Source: Dehalococcoidia bacterium (GTDB taxonomy: Bacteria; Chloroflexota; Dehalococcoidia; Bin125). From it: a DNA stretch of 64,000 nt. Positions 19,429-33,289 of this stretch are shown here, piece after piece. A program made the position numbers and the translations under genes. The notes under the pieces are model-generated. The model worked only from the letters and a program-made list of their open reading frames with translations. It had not been told where the DNA came from and did no database searches. Where the stretch lies: assembly GCA_965221705.1 (NCBI GenBank), contig OZ244908.1:30154-94153 (forward strand), given 5' to 3'. Position 1 is the stretch's first letter; each line of letters begins with the position of its first letter.

Positions 19429-20844
19429 ATGACTCTCGAGTCCAACGACAGCGCGCCGCCGCCTCGCTCCAGTTCGCTTCCCGGCCTCGCCATTTCGTTG
19501 AACGAGGCCTCTGTGATCGCCGCTGAGGTGCGGCGCCTGATCTCCCTCGGCCAGGAAGAGCGCGCGCTCAATCTGGTGCGCAGTCTGCATCCCGCCGACA
19601 TGGGCATGATCCTCGCGGGCCTGCCAAGAAACAGCCGCAACATCCTGCTTGGCGTGATGTCGCCCGACACCGTCACCTGGATGCTGCGCCAGATGAACCC
19701 GGTCGAGGCTGGCCGCGTCGCGACCCGCCTTGGACTGAACACGCTGGCGTTCCTCCTCAGACAGGTACATCCGCAACAGGCGCTGGCCACTTTGCGCCGC
19801 TTGCCGCTGCATCGCGCGCAGGAAGTCGCAGAGACGCTCGAGACGCTCGAGACCCCGTTGGCCGACGAACAACTCCTCGAACAAACGCCCGATACCGCCG
19901 CCTCACTGATGATCGCCGGCGCGCCGGTCGTTCGAGACGACGCGCAAGTGCGCGAGGCGCGACAGGCCGTAGCGGAGATCGAAGTCGATCGACAGAAGTA
20001 CACGTTCGCTTACGTGAGCGACGCAGACGGACAACTGGTCGCCCAGATTCCCATGTCCGAACTCGCGATCGCGGCCGATGACGCGGACGTCAGCTCGATC
20101 GCCGCGCCGATCGTGGCGGCGGTCAGCCCAGAGACCGACGCAAGCGAATGCGCCCGCTTGCGGCGTCACTACAACCTGACGCAGCTGCCAGTCGTGGAAG
20201 GCGGTCGGGTCATCGGCGCCGTGCTACCTGACGCGTTGCTCGGCGCCCTGGTCGAGCAGGACACGCAGCAGATGCTGCAAGTTGCCAACGTCGCCGGCGA
20301 GGCGGCCGATGGGCCGCTCGTGAACTCACTACGCACACGCTTGCCCTGGCTCACGATCAACCTCGCCACGACCTTTCTCGCCGCTGCGACGATTTCAGCC
20401 TTCGAGTCAACGCTCGCCCAAGTCGTGGTGCTGGCCGCCTTCTTGCCAGTCGTTGCGGGACAGGGCGGCATCGGAGGCACGCAGACCCTCACCCTGATCG
20501 TGCGCGCGATCGCGCTTGGCGAGCTCGTCGGCGTGACGGCGAAACGACTGTTGGTTCGCGAAGCGACGCTCGGCGTGTTACACGGGATCTGGCTCGGCAT
20601 ACTCGTGGCCATCATCGCGATCGTCTGGCAAGGCAACCTGGGACTGGCGCTCGTACTGGGGCTCGCGATGCTGGGCAACATGATCATCGCGGGTACTGTT
20701 GGCTCTGCTGTCCCTTTAGTGTTGCGCAGACTCGGAGTCGATCCGGCCGTCGCCTCCGCTGTCGTGGTGACTACGTTCACTGACGTGTTCGGCTTCCTGC
20801 TCTTCCTCGGTATCGCTAGCGCGGCCATCAGTCTGATCGTATAG
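19429..20844 (+). CDS. mgtE: Magnesium transporter MgtE
   Basis: LHPADM N-domain, CBS pair, RLPWL, GQGGIGGTQ, DPAVAS..VTTFTDVFG. Confidence 0.9.
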   Translation: MTLESNDSAPPPRSSSLPGLAISLNEASVIAAEVRRLISLGQEERALNLVRSLHPADMGMILAGLPRNSRNILLGVMSPDTVTWMLRQMNPVEAGRVATRLGLNTLAFLLRQVHPQQALATLRRLPLHRAQEVAETLETLETPLADEQLLEQTPDTAASLMIAGAPVVRDDAQVREARQAVAEIEVDRQKYTFAYVSDADGQLVAQIPMSELAIAADDADVSSIAAPIVAAVSPETDASECARLRRHYNLTQLPVVEGGRVIGAVLPDALLGALVEQDTQQMLQVANVAGEAADGPLVNSLRTRLPWLTINLATTFLAAATISAFESTLAQVVVLAAFLPVVAGQGGIGGTQTLTLIVRAIALGELVGVTAKRLLVREATLGVLHGIWLGILVAIIAIVWQGNLGLALVLGLAMLGNMIIAGTVGSAVPLVLRRLGVDPAVASAVVVTTFTDVFGFLLFLGIASAAISLIV

Positions 20845-21166
20845 ATGCCGGCCACAGCGACCGCACCGACCATTGCGCGTCTTCCGCGGTCGCATACATG
20901 CCAATCAGCGCAGCGCTTCCACCGATATCTCCTTCATCGTACGCCTGTCCAATGCGTACCAATAGGCATCACCGTCACGCGCGTAATGGTAGTTGTCTGA
21001 TGTCATAAGCAATCTCAGCTGATCGCCGACCCCGGACATATCCCCGGCGATCATACTGTTGACTGAACAACATGAGCCAACGGTCTCTAAACGGTATGAC
21101 GTCGTCGCGTCTCACTGCCCCTGTTGGAGGGCTCGCCCAGTGCGGGAGGGTTTGCCCAGCGCGGAG

Positions 21167-21264
21167 CCCCCTCACCCTAGCCCTCTCCCCGAGGGGAGAG
21201 GGGATCAGAGTGGGAGAAGGGGATTCCGACTCCCTCTCCCTTTGGGAGAGGGCTGGGGTGAGGG
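21167..21264. repeat. Inverted pair of REP-like elements (BIME/REPIN-like doublet)
   Basis: ccctcaccctagccctctccccgaggggagaggggatcag ... ccctctccctttgggagagggctggggtgaggg. Confidence 0.85.
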
Positions 21265-21268
21265 TCCC

Positions 21269-23428
21269 CTAGTTGCTGATGTAGAGGACGTCGTTGGTTA
21301 TCACCTGGAAGTCGCTGGAGCCGGGGACTTGCTCGCCGTCGACGACTGAGTAGCGCACCCAGGCGTCGCCGTTCCAGAGGTGGATGGCGGTCGCGCCGCG
21401 GCTGGAGACGAGCGCGAAGAGCTCGGCAGCCGTGGTATCGGCGTCGCAGCTGTACGTCGCGAAGCCGCTGTGAGCGCTGAGACAGCTGAGGCCGACCGCG
21501 GACGTCGCCGCCGCGCCGCTGGCGCTGTTATCGAAGACGATCACGTCGACGACGCCGTGCGACTCGCCGGTGACGATCGTGCGGCCCGTGCCGACGACGG
21601 CGAACTTGCTCGACGCCGCGCCGTCCTTGGTAGCCGTCGCGGCCACGCCGACGGGCGCGAGGATGCTCGCGTCGCTGGCGCTGATTGTGATGTCGGTGCC
21701 GTCAGAGACCGCGTTGCCGTCCTTGTCGGTCAGGGTGGCGGTGACGGTGATGACTTCGAGCGCGCCGGCCGAGTCGCTCTCCGAGTTCAGCACAACGCTG
21801 GAGGTCGGACCAGCCACGGCGAAGCCCACCTCAGCTTCGAGATCGCCCTTTTTCGCCGACAAGGTGTACGCGCCCGGCGCGAGCGGCGCGGCGGCGGTGC
21901 CGGACTCGTTGGTCAGCGTGATGTAGTACTTGCCGTCCGTACCTTTGGCAGGTTGCGAGCGACTAATGTTGGTCGCGCTGACGGGTTTGTCGTCGGGACC
22001 GGTGACTCTGAGCGAGTAGCCCGAGAGATCAGGCGCGACGACGCCGCCGCCCGCGTCCTGGGCGGTCAGTTCGAGCTTGATCGTGTCTTTGACAGCGGCG
22101 TCGTCCTCGATCAGGTTGACTGAGCGCAGCGAGCTGGCGGACTCAGCGAGTGCGATCGAGTCAGGCGCGCCCGTGAAGTTCAGTGTGATCGAGTTTGAGG
22201 TCGCCGAGCCGTCATCGCCGATCACGACTGCGTACAGCGTGACCGGGCCGGGCTTCTTGTCGGTCTTCTCGACCTTGATCCACATCTTGCCAGTCAGGGG
22301 CACAGAGTCGGTGGGATTGGCCACGGCGCTGTTCTCGCCGGTTGAGTCGACGATGGCTGTTCTGCTGGGCCTACCAGAAACTGAGTAGAAGGGCGTACCA
22401 GCAGCCTCTGGGTAAATCGTGAATCTGCCTCCGGCGCCGATCGCGGAGACGCTGGTCAAACCGCCGCCATTGGCGAGATTGCCGAGCGAGTTGTTGACTG
22501 TTAGCTCGACCCAGATCGCGCCGCCGTCGGCGGCTGCGCTATCCGTTTCCGCTCTGGTCTCATCGGCGGAAGTTAGCGGGTTGTCAAACACGTACAGTGG
22601 CGCGCCGTTGACAGTCGCTTCAAGCGGCTCAGAACCAAGCGCCAGCTCAGCAGCGGACACGTTGGTACCCGGGTCACCGATCGTGATTGTAGTTTCCGCT
22701 TCCCAGTAGAGCCACTCATGTTCTTCTGGAGATGTGATGTCGAGGGACGTGTTTCTGTTGTCCGGTGTCCGCAGTCTGGCTGTGATTGTGTAGTCACCAT
22801 CAGGGACGCCTGTTGGAACAACGAGCGTGCCAGTCGCCCCTCCGAAGCGGTACCAGCGTCCTCCAGCATTGGAAATCAACTCTACATCGTCGTCGTTGAG
22901 TTCGAGCCCACGAGCTATCCCTTCTATCGCTATGGCGCTCGATGACACACTCACCCATTCAAACGTCGGCCACGCGCCGGCAATGATTCCTTGCCAATCG
23001 ATGTTCTCCGAGTTCTTGACTTCAATCGTTATAGGCAACTCAACGCCGTCGCTGAAAATGTCATCGCTGTCGTTGCCAACCGTAATGCTCAGCGACACAG
23101 GGCGCAATTCGACGAGCGGTTCGTTCGTGCCGTTAGGTGTGATTGAGAAGTACTTTGGAACGCGCCAATCATAATCACATTTGACAGGTTCGTCATCGAG
23201 CGCTTCATCTGCGTCATCGCCATCTGGGACTTTCACAGTCACTGCATAATTGCTGTTGTTGTAGAGCTCGCTCACAATGTGATCTGACCAACAGTATCCC
23301 TTCGTAGCAGACACATCACCGACCTGCGGCTCGGCGGAGGCCGGGGTGGCGAATATGGCGGCGAACAGCGAGACGAGCGCCGCCAGCATTGCGAGGCTGA
23401 CTCGGCGTCGGGTGAGGATGTCAGACAT
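21269..23428 (-). CDS. Secreted/surface protein with Ig-like (Big_1/invasin-type) domain; possible S-layer-type protein
   Basis: Signal peptide ending ASA-E; VTATLTDKDGNAVSDGT..T...TKDGAAS Ig motif; beta-rich; distinct C-terminal domain (...IHLWNGDAWVRYS...VPGSSDF...DVLYIS). Confidence 0.72.
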   Translation of the reverse strand: MSDILTRRRVSLAMLAALVSLFAAIFATPASAEPQVGDVSATKGYCWSDHIVSELYNNSNYAVTVKVPDGDDADEALDDEPVKCDYDWRVPKYFSITPNGTNEPLVELRPVSLSITVGNDSDDIFSDGVELPITIEVKNSENIDWQGIIAGAWPTFEWVSVSSSAIAIEGIARGLELNDDDVELISNAGGRWYRFGGATGTLVVPTGVPDGDYTITARLRTPDNRNTSLDITSPEEHEWLYWEAETTITIGDPGTNVSAAELALGSEPLEATVNGAPLYVFDNPLTSADETRAETDSAAADGGAIWVELTVNNSLGNLANGGGLTSVSAIGAGGRFTIYPEAAGTPFYSVSGRPSRTAIVDSTGENSAVANPTDSVPLTGKMWIKVEKTDKKPGPVTLYAVVIGDDGSATSNSITLNFTGAPDSIALAESASSLRSVNLIEDDAAVKDTIKLELTAQDAGGGVVAPDLSGYSLRVTGPDDKPVSATNISRSQPAKGTDGKYYITLTNESGTAAAPLAPGAYTLSAKKGDLEAEVGFAVAGPTSSVVLNSESDSAGALEVITVTATLTDKDGNAVSDGTDITISASDASILAPVGVAATATKDGAASSKFAVVGTGRTIVTGESHGVVDVIVFDNSASGAAATSAVGLSCLSAHSGFATYSCDADTTAAELFALVSSRGATAIHLWNGDAWVRYSVVDGEQVPGSSDFQVITNDVLYISN

Positions 23429-23560
23429 GGGGTGCGCTCCCTATGGGGTCGGCCGCTGCGCGCGGCGCATCGTTGGGATAGTCGCTGATGGCGGTGGTCG
23501 GCGCAAGGGGGCGCGTTACGGTGGGGCAACAATCGGAATGGCCCGCGGGGCGCCACTTCA

Positions 23561-23601
23561 CCCTCACCCTCACCTTCTCGCCGAAGAGAAGAGGGGATCG
23601 G
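23561..23601 (+). repeat. Degenerate REP-like element
   Basis: ccctcaccctcaccttctcgccgaagagaagaggggatcgg. Confidence 0.65.
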
Positions 23602-23678
23602 ATGGGGAGAGGATCCGAGCAGGTCCCCGATCGAGTCGGGGACTAGGAGGTGCGGTGTCGGCGAGTGGGAGCTCTTGT

Positions 23679-23755
23679 TGGTGGGCCATCCTGGACTCGA
23701 ACCAGGGACCTCAGTCTTATCAGGACTGCGCTCTAACCTGCTGAGCTAATGGCCC
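23679..23755 (-). tRNA. tRNA-Ile(GAT)
   Basis: Minus strand reads gggccattagctcagcaggttagagcg cagtc-ctGATaa-gactg aggtccctggttcgagtccaggatggcccaCCA. Confidence 0.97.
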
Positions 23756-23970
23756 GCGACGCCGCTCGGTAGAGCGGGCGGTTGGTCTGGATGACCTTGA
23801 CCGTTGGAGAGCGGAAGTCAGCGCGGATGGGGAACCGGTCTCGCCGTTGACTGCGCGGCCGCGACCCGGGTTAGGGGTGTTGGCGTTGCAGCGCCCTGAC
23901 TGTGAGGTCGGGGCTGGCGGATCGACCTGGGAGCTCAACTGTTGACGAGCAACAGTTGGCGTTCTCCCTA

Positions 23971-25470
<1,500 letters not shown>

Positions 25471-25704
25471 ATCAGTCGGTCGTGCCGACTGCAGTGGTAG
25501 AGATTGTTCGGACCGCGCCAGTTCGACCGCGCCCGAAAGCGCGCCCATCCTGCCGCGTCCGGACTTGGGGGGCTCCCCAAGCACACTGGACTTCCGCTCT
25601 CCAATTGTCAAGGTCTGGCCCCTGCTGGAAGCCCGCCGCGTCGCGCGGTGATTGGCCCCTGCATTTGCGCAGACGTCAATCGTAGACCGCCCGCGTTCGC
25701 AATG

Positions 25705-26730
25705 TCAACACGCGGTGTTCGGCGGTGGACAACCGCGCTGCACATCGATCTTCCCCCTTGCGATCCGCAGCCGCGACTCACCCGGCAGTTCGACCACGCC
25801 GTGGCCATGCTGGATCACCTGCAGCGCCGCCGACGTCCGCTCAGCGCTGAGCGCCACGCCGCGCTCCTGACAGAGCGCCCGCAGCGCCCGCTGTTGCAGT
25901 GGACCAGGCAAGGCGAGAAAACGCCGCCGCTCAACCATGCCCCCATCATCGATCAGCTGTTGCAGCGTCTCCCGACCGATCAGGTCGAGCAGCTCACGCT
26001 CGACCGTGACGGACTGAGCCATCTGCGCCAGGCGTTCGGAGACCTGCGGATTGAACTCCCGCAGGAGCGGCATCAACGCCTGTCGGACGCGATTGCGCGT
26101 AAAGGCGGTATGCGCGTTGCTCGGATCGACGACGGGCCGCCAACCATAGGCGTCGCAGACGGCCTCCGTTTCGGCTCGGGTGACCTCGAGCGCTGGACGC
26201 GCCAGCGTAAGGCCGTCGCTGAGCTCACGGCGCCGTGGCATGCCGCTGAGTCCATCGAGTCCCGAGCCGCGCAAGATGTGCAGTAGCACGGTCTCGGCCT
26301 GGTCGTCCTGCGTGTGGGCGACGGCGACGACCGGCGCGCCGCGCGCCAGCGCGAGCTCGGTCAACGCGCGATAGCGCACGCGCCGCGCCGCCGCTTCCAG
26401 CCCGTCGTCGCTCCGCTCAGCTTCGCCCGCCGCGTCGGCTTCGATGATGTCGATGGGCAGATCGACGCGTTCGGCGAGCGTTCGGGCGGCGCCGATGAAC
26501 CGCTCGCGCACGTCGGACGATTGGATCATGTGGTCGACGTGCGCCGCGCGCGGACTCCAACCATGACGTTCGCGCGTGTCGGCGAGCAGCAGCAGCAACG
26601 CCGACGAGTCGGCGCCGCCGGAGACGGCGACGATCAACGGTCGACCCGCGCCCTGACCCACGGCGTCGACCAGGGCGCGCGCGACGCCGCGGCCGATCTC
26701 GCGGATGCGTCGGTCGGTAGGCAGCGTCAT
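25705..26730 (-). CDS. tilS: tRNA(Ile)-lysidine synthetase (short form)
   Basis: VAVSGGADS PP-loop, EAAARRVRY, AHTQDDQAETVL, DPSN....TRNRVR. Confidence 0.92.
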   Translation of the reverse strand: MTLPTDRRIREIGRGVARALVDAVGQGAGRPLIVAVSGGADSSALLLLLADTRERHGWSPRAAHVDHMIQSSDVRERFIGAARTLAERVDLPIDIIEADAAGEAERSDDGLEAAARRVRYRALTELALARGAPVVAVAHTQDDQAETVLLHILRGSGLDGLSGMPRRRELSDGLTLARPALEVTRAETEAVCDAYGWRPVVDPSNAHTAFTRNRVRQALMPLLREFNPQVSERLAQMAQSVTVERELLDLIGRETLQQLIDDGGMVERRRFLALPGPLQQRALRALCQERGVALSAERTSAALQVIQHGHGVVELPGESRLRIARGKIDVQRGCPPPNTAC

Positions 26731-26751
26731 CGGGCGCTCCCGAGCCTGGAG

Positions 26752-27225
26752 TCAGTCGCCGAGCTTGTCGGCGGGCAGCAGATTGGCCCACCAGGGCGAA
26801 CGATGGATCTCGAGCTGGCTGCGCGCCGGCGCGTGGACGGCGAAGGCCTCCTCGCCGGGACGCACCATGCCCAGGTCTTCGCGGGCGATTCGTTCGATGT
26901 ACGCATCGGAGTCCAACCAGGCGACGATCGCGGCGAGCTGCTCGGTGTCGCGACGCAGTTCGACGATGTCCGCGCGCGTCTCGGCAATGCGCTCGTCGAG
27001 GCTGTTGGCCTGGAGGAGTCCCTCGACGCCGCTGAAGACTATGAATCCTACCAAGAGCAAGGAGGAGACAAAGGCGACCCGTCGCAGCACCCAGGGCAGC
27101 GCCGCACCAGACGATTCCGACGCATTGCGCTCAGACGATCTGCGCTCGCTCGACTCGGAGACATCGTGCGAGTCAGTGATGATCTCGATCGTGCGATCCG
27201 CGCGATTCCCGGATGATTCAGCCAT
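26752..27225 (-). CDS. Septum formation initiator (FtsB/DivIC family)
   Basis: TM plus coiled coil plus YIERIAREDLGMVRPGE. Confidence 0.85.
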   Translation of the reverse strand: MAESSGNRADRTIEIITDSHDVSESSERRSSERNASESSGAALPWVLRRVAFVSSLLLVGFIVFSGVEGLLQANSLDERIAETRADIVELRRDTEQLAAIVAWLDSDAYIERIAREDLGMVRPGEEAFAVHAPARSQLEIHRSPWWANLLPADKLGD

Positions 27226-27302
27226 TGTCTGCGGTTTGCACCGCCGCCTGTGGCACTCTACACCTCGAGGGATCCACTGACCGCGAGCGCGATGCGCGCG
27301 CC

Positions 27303-27917
27303 TTAGAGACCGCTCAGATGATGGCGGTCGTTGAGCCGATCGATCGCCGGCAGTCCATCGGCGACTCGGAACGACGTGATCCCCGCCAGCCCGGTGTCGA
27401 TTCTGCGCCAGGCGTCGTGCGGCATGGCGAGCGCGTGCACCACGAGCATCTTGACGACAAAATTGTGCGTGACGAGCACGCCGGTTCCCTCGGCGGGATC
27501 GTCGACGAGTTGGTCGAAGAGCGGATGCGAGCGCTCGAGCACATCAAGCAATGACTCGCCGCCGGGCATCGGCGCGCGGACGGAGTCTTCGCCGCGCCAC
27601 TCACGCAGAAAGGCGCCGAAGCGCTCGCGCACGAGCGGCCACTCCAATCCTTCGAGCGCTCCGACATCGAGCTCGATCAGCGCTTCCGTTCGCTCCGCCT
27701 CGACGCTGTGCGCTTCGCCGATCGCTTCGGCCAACGTGCTCGCTCGGGTCAACGGACTGGTGAGAATGCGGGTGATCGGCTCCTCGCGCAACGCGTCGAC
27801 CGTGCGCTCGAGCTGCTGCAGACCAAGCGCGGTCGGGGGCGAGTCGGTGCGTCCCAGACCGACGCCGGAGCGATTCGCCTCTGACTCGACGTGCCGCAGC
27901 AGGATGATTCGATTCAT
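27303..27917 (-). CDS. Histidine phosphatase family protein
   Basis: LLRHVES, SPLTRA, ELDVGALEG, PGGESL, LVTH. Confidence 0.88.
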   Translation of the reverse strand: MNRIILLRHVESEANRSGVGLGRTDSPPTALGLQQLERTVDALREEPITRILTSPLTRASTLAEAIGEAHSVEAERTEALIELDVGALEGLEWPLVRERFGAFLREWRGEDSVRAPMPGGESLLDVLERSHPLFDQLVDDPAEGTGVLVTHNFVVKMLVVHALAMPHDAWRRIDTGLAGITSFRVADGLPAIDRLNDRHHLSGL

Positions 27918-28627
27918 GCGCCGACAGACTCGGTCTCGCGCTGAGTCGCCTGTGAGTCTGACGAGTCGTGATCTAACTCGATCGCGATGCGGTGGATCAT
28001 CGTCGGCTCGTCGACTGCGCCGAGCGCCAACGCGACCTGCTCGGGACGCCCGGCGCCGCGTTCGTCGTTGCGCAAGCGCATCCGCAGTCGGACCGCGCCG
28101 TCTGAGACGCTGAGCAACTCAATGTTCAGAATCAGCGGCCGCAGATCGTACGACTTGGTCTCCTTGCCGCGTTGCTGAGTCCACGGGATCGCTTCTCGAT
28201 CCAAGAGCTCGGCAATCGCATCACGCCATTGATCTTCCGCGCGCGGATCAGACAGTTCAATCTCATAGCTGGCCGCGCGAAGCATTGATTGCAGCGACGC
28301 CTGTTTGACCGCGCCTGCGCGGATGTCGAGGATGCGCAAACCGGGCGTCAACTCAGCCGCCAGACGCTGCAACGCGTCGGCGAGATCGACTCGTTCCGTA
28401 AGCAGCAGGTCGAGCAACTCCGCCTCAGATGTCGCGCCGACGGGCAGCGGTGAAGCGAGCGCGAGTTTGGGGCGCGGGGAGAATCCCTGCGACGTCGCCA
28501 GCGGCAACTCAGCGCGCTTGCATACGCGTTCCCAGACGCGCATCAGGTCGAGATGCGAGACGTACTTCAGCGGTCCTTCGGCCGCGAAGCGAATGTGCAG
28601 CCGTTGAACCACGTCTGATTGACTCAT
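27914..28627 (-). CDS. DUF2344 / TIGR03936 radical-SAM-linked protein
   Basis: KYVSHLDLMRVWER...SQGFSPRPKLALASPLPVGATSEAE. Confidence 0.88.
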   Translation of the reverse strand: MSQSDVVQRLHIRFAAEGPLKYVSHLDLMRVWERVCKRAELPLATSQGFSPRPKLALASPLPVGATSEAELLDLLLTERVDLADALQRLAAELTPGLRILDIRAGAVKQASLQSMLRAASYEIELSDPRAEDQWRDAIAELLDREAIPWTQQRGKETKSYDLRPLILNIELLSVSDGAVRLRMRLRNDERGAGRPEQVALALGAVDEPTMIHRIAIELDHDSSDSQATQRETESVGA

Positions 28628-29601
28628 ATGCCTTCCAGCCAGGCTGCGGCGGCGGCGTGCGGATCGGCGATGCGCGCTGCGACATCGCTTGCGAGCTGCG
28701 CCAGGCGCTCTTCGCCCTCGTCGGTCTGCAGTCGGTTGAGCACATTGGCGCGCGCGAGCGCGGTGATCTGTTGACGCGCGCGTTCGATCTCGGCGGTCGC
28801 AAGCGCGCCAGACGTCTCAAGCTCGGCATAGTGAGCATCGCAAGCCTCGGCGAGCTTGTCGATACCTTCGCCTTGCGTCGCGACGATCCGCACCACCGGC
28901 GGGTCCCAATCGCGCTCGGGATTGAGCGACAGCAGCGCCTTCAACGCCGAGACCATGCGGTCGGCGCCGGGCAGGTCAGATTTGTTGACCGCGAGCACGT
29001 CGGCGATCTCCATGATCCCGGCCTTCAGGGTTTGCACTTCGTCGCCCATGTTGGGCGTGTTGACCAGAATCGTCGTCTGCGCCGCCCCCGCGATATCGAC
29101 CTCGTCCTGACCCGCGCCGACCGTTTCGATCAGGATCACGTCTTTGCCGTACGCGTCGAGCACGTGCACGATGTCCTGCGTCGCGGCCGAGAGGCCGCCC
29201 AGTGCGCCGCGCGACGCGAGGGAGCGAATGAACACGTCGGGATCGGAGTACAGCTCCGTCATCCGTACGCGGTCGCCGAGGATGGCGCCCATCGTGTACG
29301 GCGACGACGGATCAATCGCGACGATGCCGACGCTCTGTCCGCGCTGGCGGAAGGCCTTGGCTAACTCGTTAGTGACGGTGCTTTTGCCCGCGCCGGGCGA
29401 ACCGGTCAGGCCGATCGTCCGCGCGCGGCCGCTGCGCGGATACAGCGCGCGCAACATCTCTCGACCGCGGTGATCGCCGCTCTCGACCCAGCTCAGGACA
29501 CGCGCAAGCGCACGGCGATCGCCCTCGAGCAGGCGCTGCTCGAGCTCAGCCAGCCGACCGCTGAGCGCCGCTCTCGGCTGCGCGGCGGCGTCGGTGGTCA
29601 C
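28624..29601 (-). CDS. meaB: Methylmalonyl-CoA mutase-associated GTPase MeaB
   Basis: [48 protein letters not shown]. Confidence 0.93.
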   Translation of the reverse strand: MTTDAAAQPRAALSGRLAELEQRLLEGDRRALARVLSWVESGDHRGREMLRALYPRSGRARTIGLTGSPGAGKSTVTNELAKAFRQRGQSVGIVAIDPSSPYTMGAILGDRVRMTELYSDPDVFIRSLASRGALGGLSAATQDIVHVLDAYGKDVILIETVGAGQDEVDIAGAAQTTILVNTPNMGDEVQTLKAGIMEIADVLAVNKSDLPGADRMVSALKALLSLNPERDWDPPVVRIVATQGEGIDKLAEACDAHYAELETSGALATAEIERARQQITALARANVLNRLQTDEGEERLAQLASDVAARIADPHAAAAAWLEGI

Positions 29602-30029
29602 GAACGGTCGAGTTCGGGCACGTGAGCGCGGACGTACTCGGCGATGTCTCCAGTATGCGCTCCAGGTCCAAACACGGCTGAGAAGCCCGCCGTTTGCAAT
29701 GTCTCAGCGTCGTCGTCGGGGATGATGCCGCCGCCGATGAAGAGCGTGTTCTCCGGCGTGATGCCTCGCGTGCGGCATGCGTCAACGACTCGAGGGAAGA
29801 GCTCCAGGTGAGCGCCCGACAGCACCGACAGCGCGACGACGTGCACGTCTTCTTGCAGCGCCGCCTCGGCGATCATGTCGGGCGTCTGGCGGATGCCGGT
29901 GTAGATCACCTCCATGCCCGCGTCGCGCAGCGCCCGAGCGACGATCTTCGCGCCGCGGTCGTGTCCGTCAAGACCCGGCTTGGCGACCAGCACCCGAATC
30001 TGCTCAGTCATGGTTGAGGCTTCGCTCAT
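29598..30029 (-). CDS. Methylmalonyl-CoA mutase cobalamin-binding subunit
   Basis: [10 protein letters not shown] motif; start approximate. Confidence 0.93.
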   Translation of the reverse strand: MSEASTMTEQIRVLVAKPGLDGHDRGAKIVARALRDAGMEVIYTGIRQTPDMIAEAALQEDVHVVALSVLSGAHLELFPRVVDACRTRGITPENTLFIGGGIIPDDDAETLQTAGFSAVFGPGAHTGDIAEYVRAHVPELDRS

Positions 30030-30087
30030 GATCTCCACTCCCAATCCTCGCCGACAACACGCGACAACATGCGTCCCGAGGCTCAGC

Positions 30088-30903
30088 TTACGCCTCGGAG
30101 AGTCGCAGTCTGGCGCCGTAGGTGTGCTTGGGCGAGATGAACGCGCCGGCGCCGGCGTCGGTCACGGTCCAGCCCTGATCGCGCAGATGGGCGACCGACG
30201 CCTCGGCGTTGCGCACGGTCAAGGCGAGCATGAACATGCCCTCGCCCGTTGTCTCCAGTTTGCGCGGCAACGGTCCGCCGCTGCCGGGCAGCGGACGCAC
30301 CAGCTCGACGTCGGTTGGGCCGAGCTCCAGGAACTGCGCCTCCAGGCCCAACGCCTCCGACTCGAGGTGTCGGCCGTCGGCAAACCCGTAGCGCTCGGTC
30401 CATTCGCTCTGCACAGGTCCGATTTCGTTGACGGCGACCGTCATGTGATGCAGCGCGTGCGGACCTGGGCCCGAAGTCGGACCGCGATGCTGCGGCGCAT
30501 CATCAGGCGGCTGTGCGTACTCGATCAGGACGCCGTGATTGGATCGCGGATGGATGAACCCGATCATGCCGGTCAGGCCCTCGCGCGGGGTCTCATCGAT
30601 CATCTGCATCCCAGTCTCTTTGGCCGCAATCAAGTCGGCGCCGACATCTGTCGACTCGAAGCAGATGTGATGAAAGCCCTCGCCGTTGTGCTCCAGATAC
30701 TTGGCGATCCCCGTGTCGGAGCGCGTCGGCTGCAGCAGCTCGATCTCGCAGTTGTCAAGCGGGAAGATCACTCCGCGCACGCCCTGCGACTCAAGCTCGG
30801 TATCGAGCGCGACCTCGAGTCCGAACGTGTCGCGCCAGACTTCGGCCGTCTTGTCGGCGTCGTCGACGGCGATGCCAATGTGGTGAATGCGCGTGAGTGA
30901 CAT
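30088..30903 (-). CDS. Methylmalonyl-CoA epimerase-like protein with tandem VOC domains
   Basis: [36 protein letters not shown], plus a second VOC domain; lies in the mutase operon. Confidence 0.82.
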   Translation of the reverse strand: MSLTRIHHIGIAVDDADKTAEVWRDTFGLEVALDTELESQGVRGVIFPLDNCEIELLQPTRSDTGIAKYLEHNGEGFHHICFESTDVGADLIAAKETGMQMIDETPREGLTGMIGFIHPRSNHGVLIEYAQPPDDAPQHRGPTSGPGPHALHHMTVAVNEIGPVQSEWTERYGFADGRHLESEALGLEAQFLELGPTDVELVRPLPGSGGPLPRKLETTGEGMFMLALTVRNAEASVAHLRDQGWTVTDAGAGAFISPKHTYGARLRLSEA

Positions 30904-30953
30904 GTCGCTCCTGTTTCGTTTGATTCAATGCTCACCCGAGTCGCTCGCCCGAG

Positions 30954-31502
30954 TCAGTGATCGTGCGCCAGCGCGCCGAAACGGGCTTCTAGCTCGCTGC
31001 GATGCTCGCGATCGTGCTCCAGCGCCACGCCGAGCAGGATCCGAGCCGGATTGCCGCGCGCGTTGAGCTCGGCATCGGGCACGCGCTCCACTAGCGTAGC
31101 CGTGCGCAGTCGCAGATCCTGCAGCGCGCGCAGCAGCGAAGACATCCGCCGGTCGCCGAGCGACTCCACCGCCGAGGCGTTCGTCGAGTCGATCCGCCGA
31201 GTCGGGAAACTGAGCAGTGAGGGCGTCGAGCCGCCGAGATGATCCTCGATCGCGGCGCGCTCCTCCGCCTCCCAGAACAGTCGATGCGCAGCTACGCCGA
31301 TCGGCGACCATGCGCCCGCCGCGAGCGCGTCATCGACCGCCTCATCAGGCACGGCCTCCAGGGCGGCAAGCAGCAGGTCGCGCTCGGCCTGCCACCAGTA
31401 GCGCAGGCGTTGCGCGTCCGACCATTCCTGATCGCCGCGCTGCCTCGACGCGCCGCCGGCGTCGGCCGCTCTGCGTCCGGCCGGGCGTCTTCTGAACGGC
31501 AC
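30954..31502 (-). CDS. DinB/YfiT-like protein
   Basis: WSPIGVAAHRLFWE...EHDREH pattern. Confidence 0.65.
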   Translation of the reverse strand: MPFRRRPAGRRAADAGGASRQRGDQEWSDAQRLRYWWQAERDLLLAALEAVPDEAVDDALAAGAWSPIGVAAHRLFWEAEERAAIEDHLGGSTPSLLSFPTRRIDSTNASAVESLGDRRMSSLLRALQDLRLRTATLVERVPDAELNARGNPARILLGVALEHDREHRSELEARFGALAHDH

Positions 31503-31512
31503 GTCGACGTCC

Positions 31513-33183
<1,671 letters not shown>

Positions 33184-33289
33184 CGCATCCTCCTTCTGAT
33201 CAGGCGGTCATCAGGTCGCTCTGGGGACGCAAACCGGCCCTCACGTCAGAGGCTACTAGAGGAGGTCAGACGTTGCCGCGCGCCATCCG

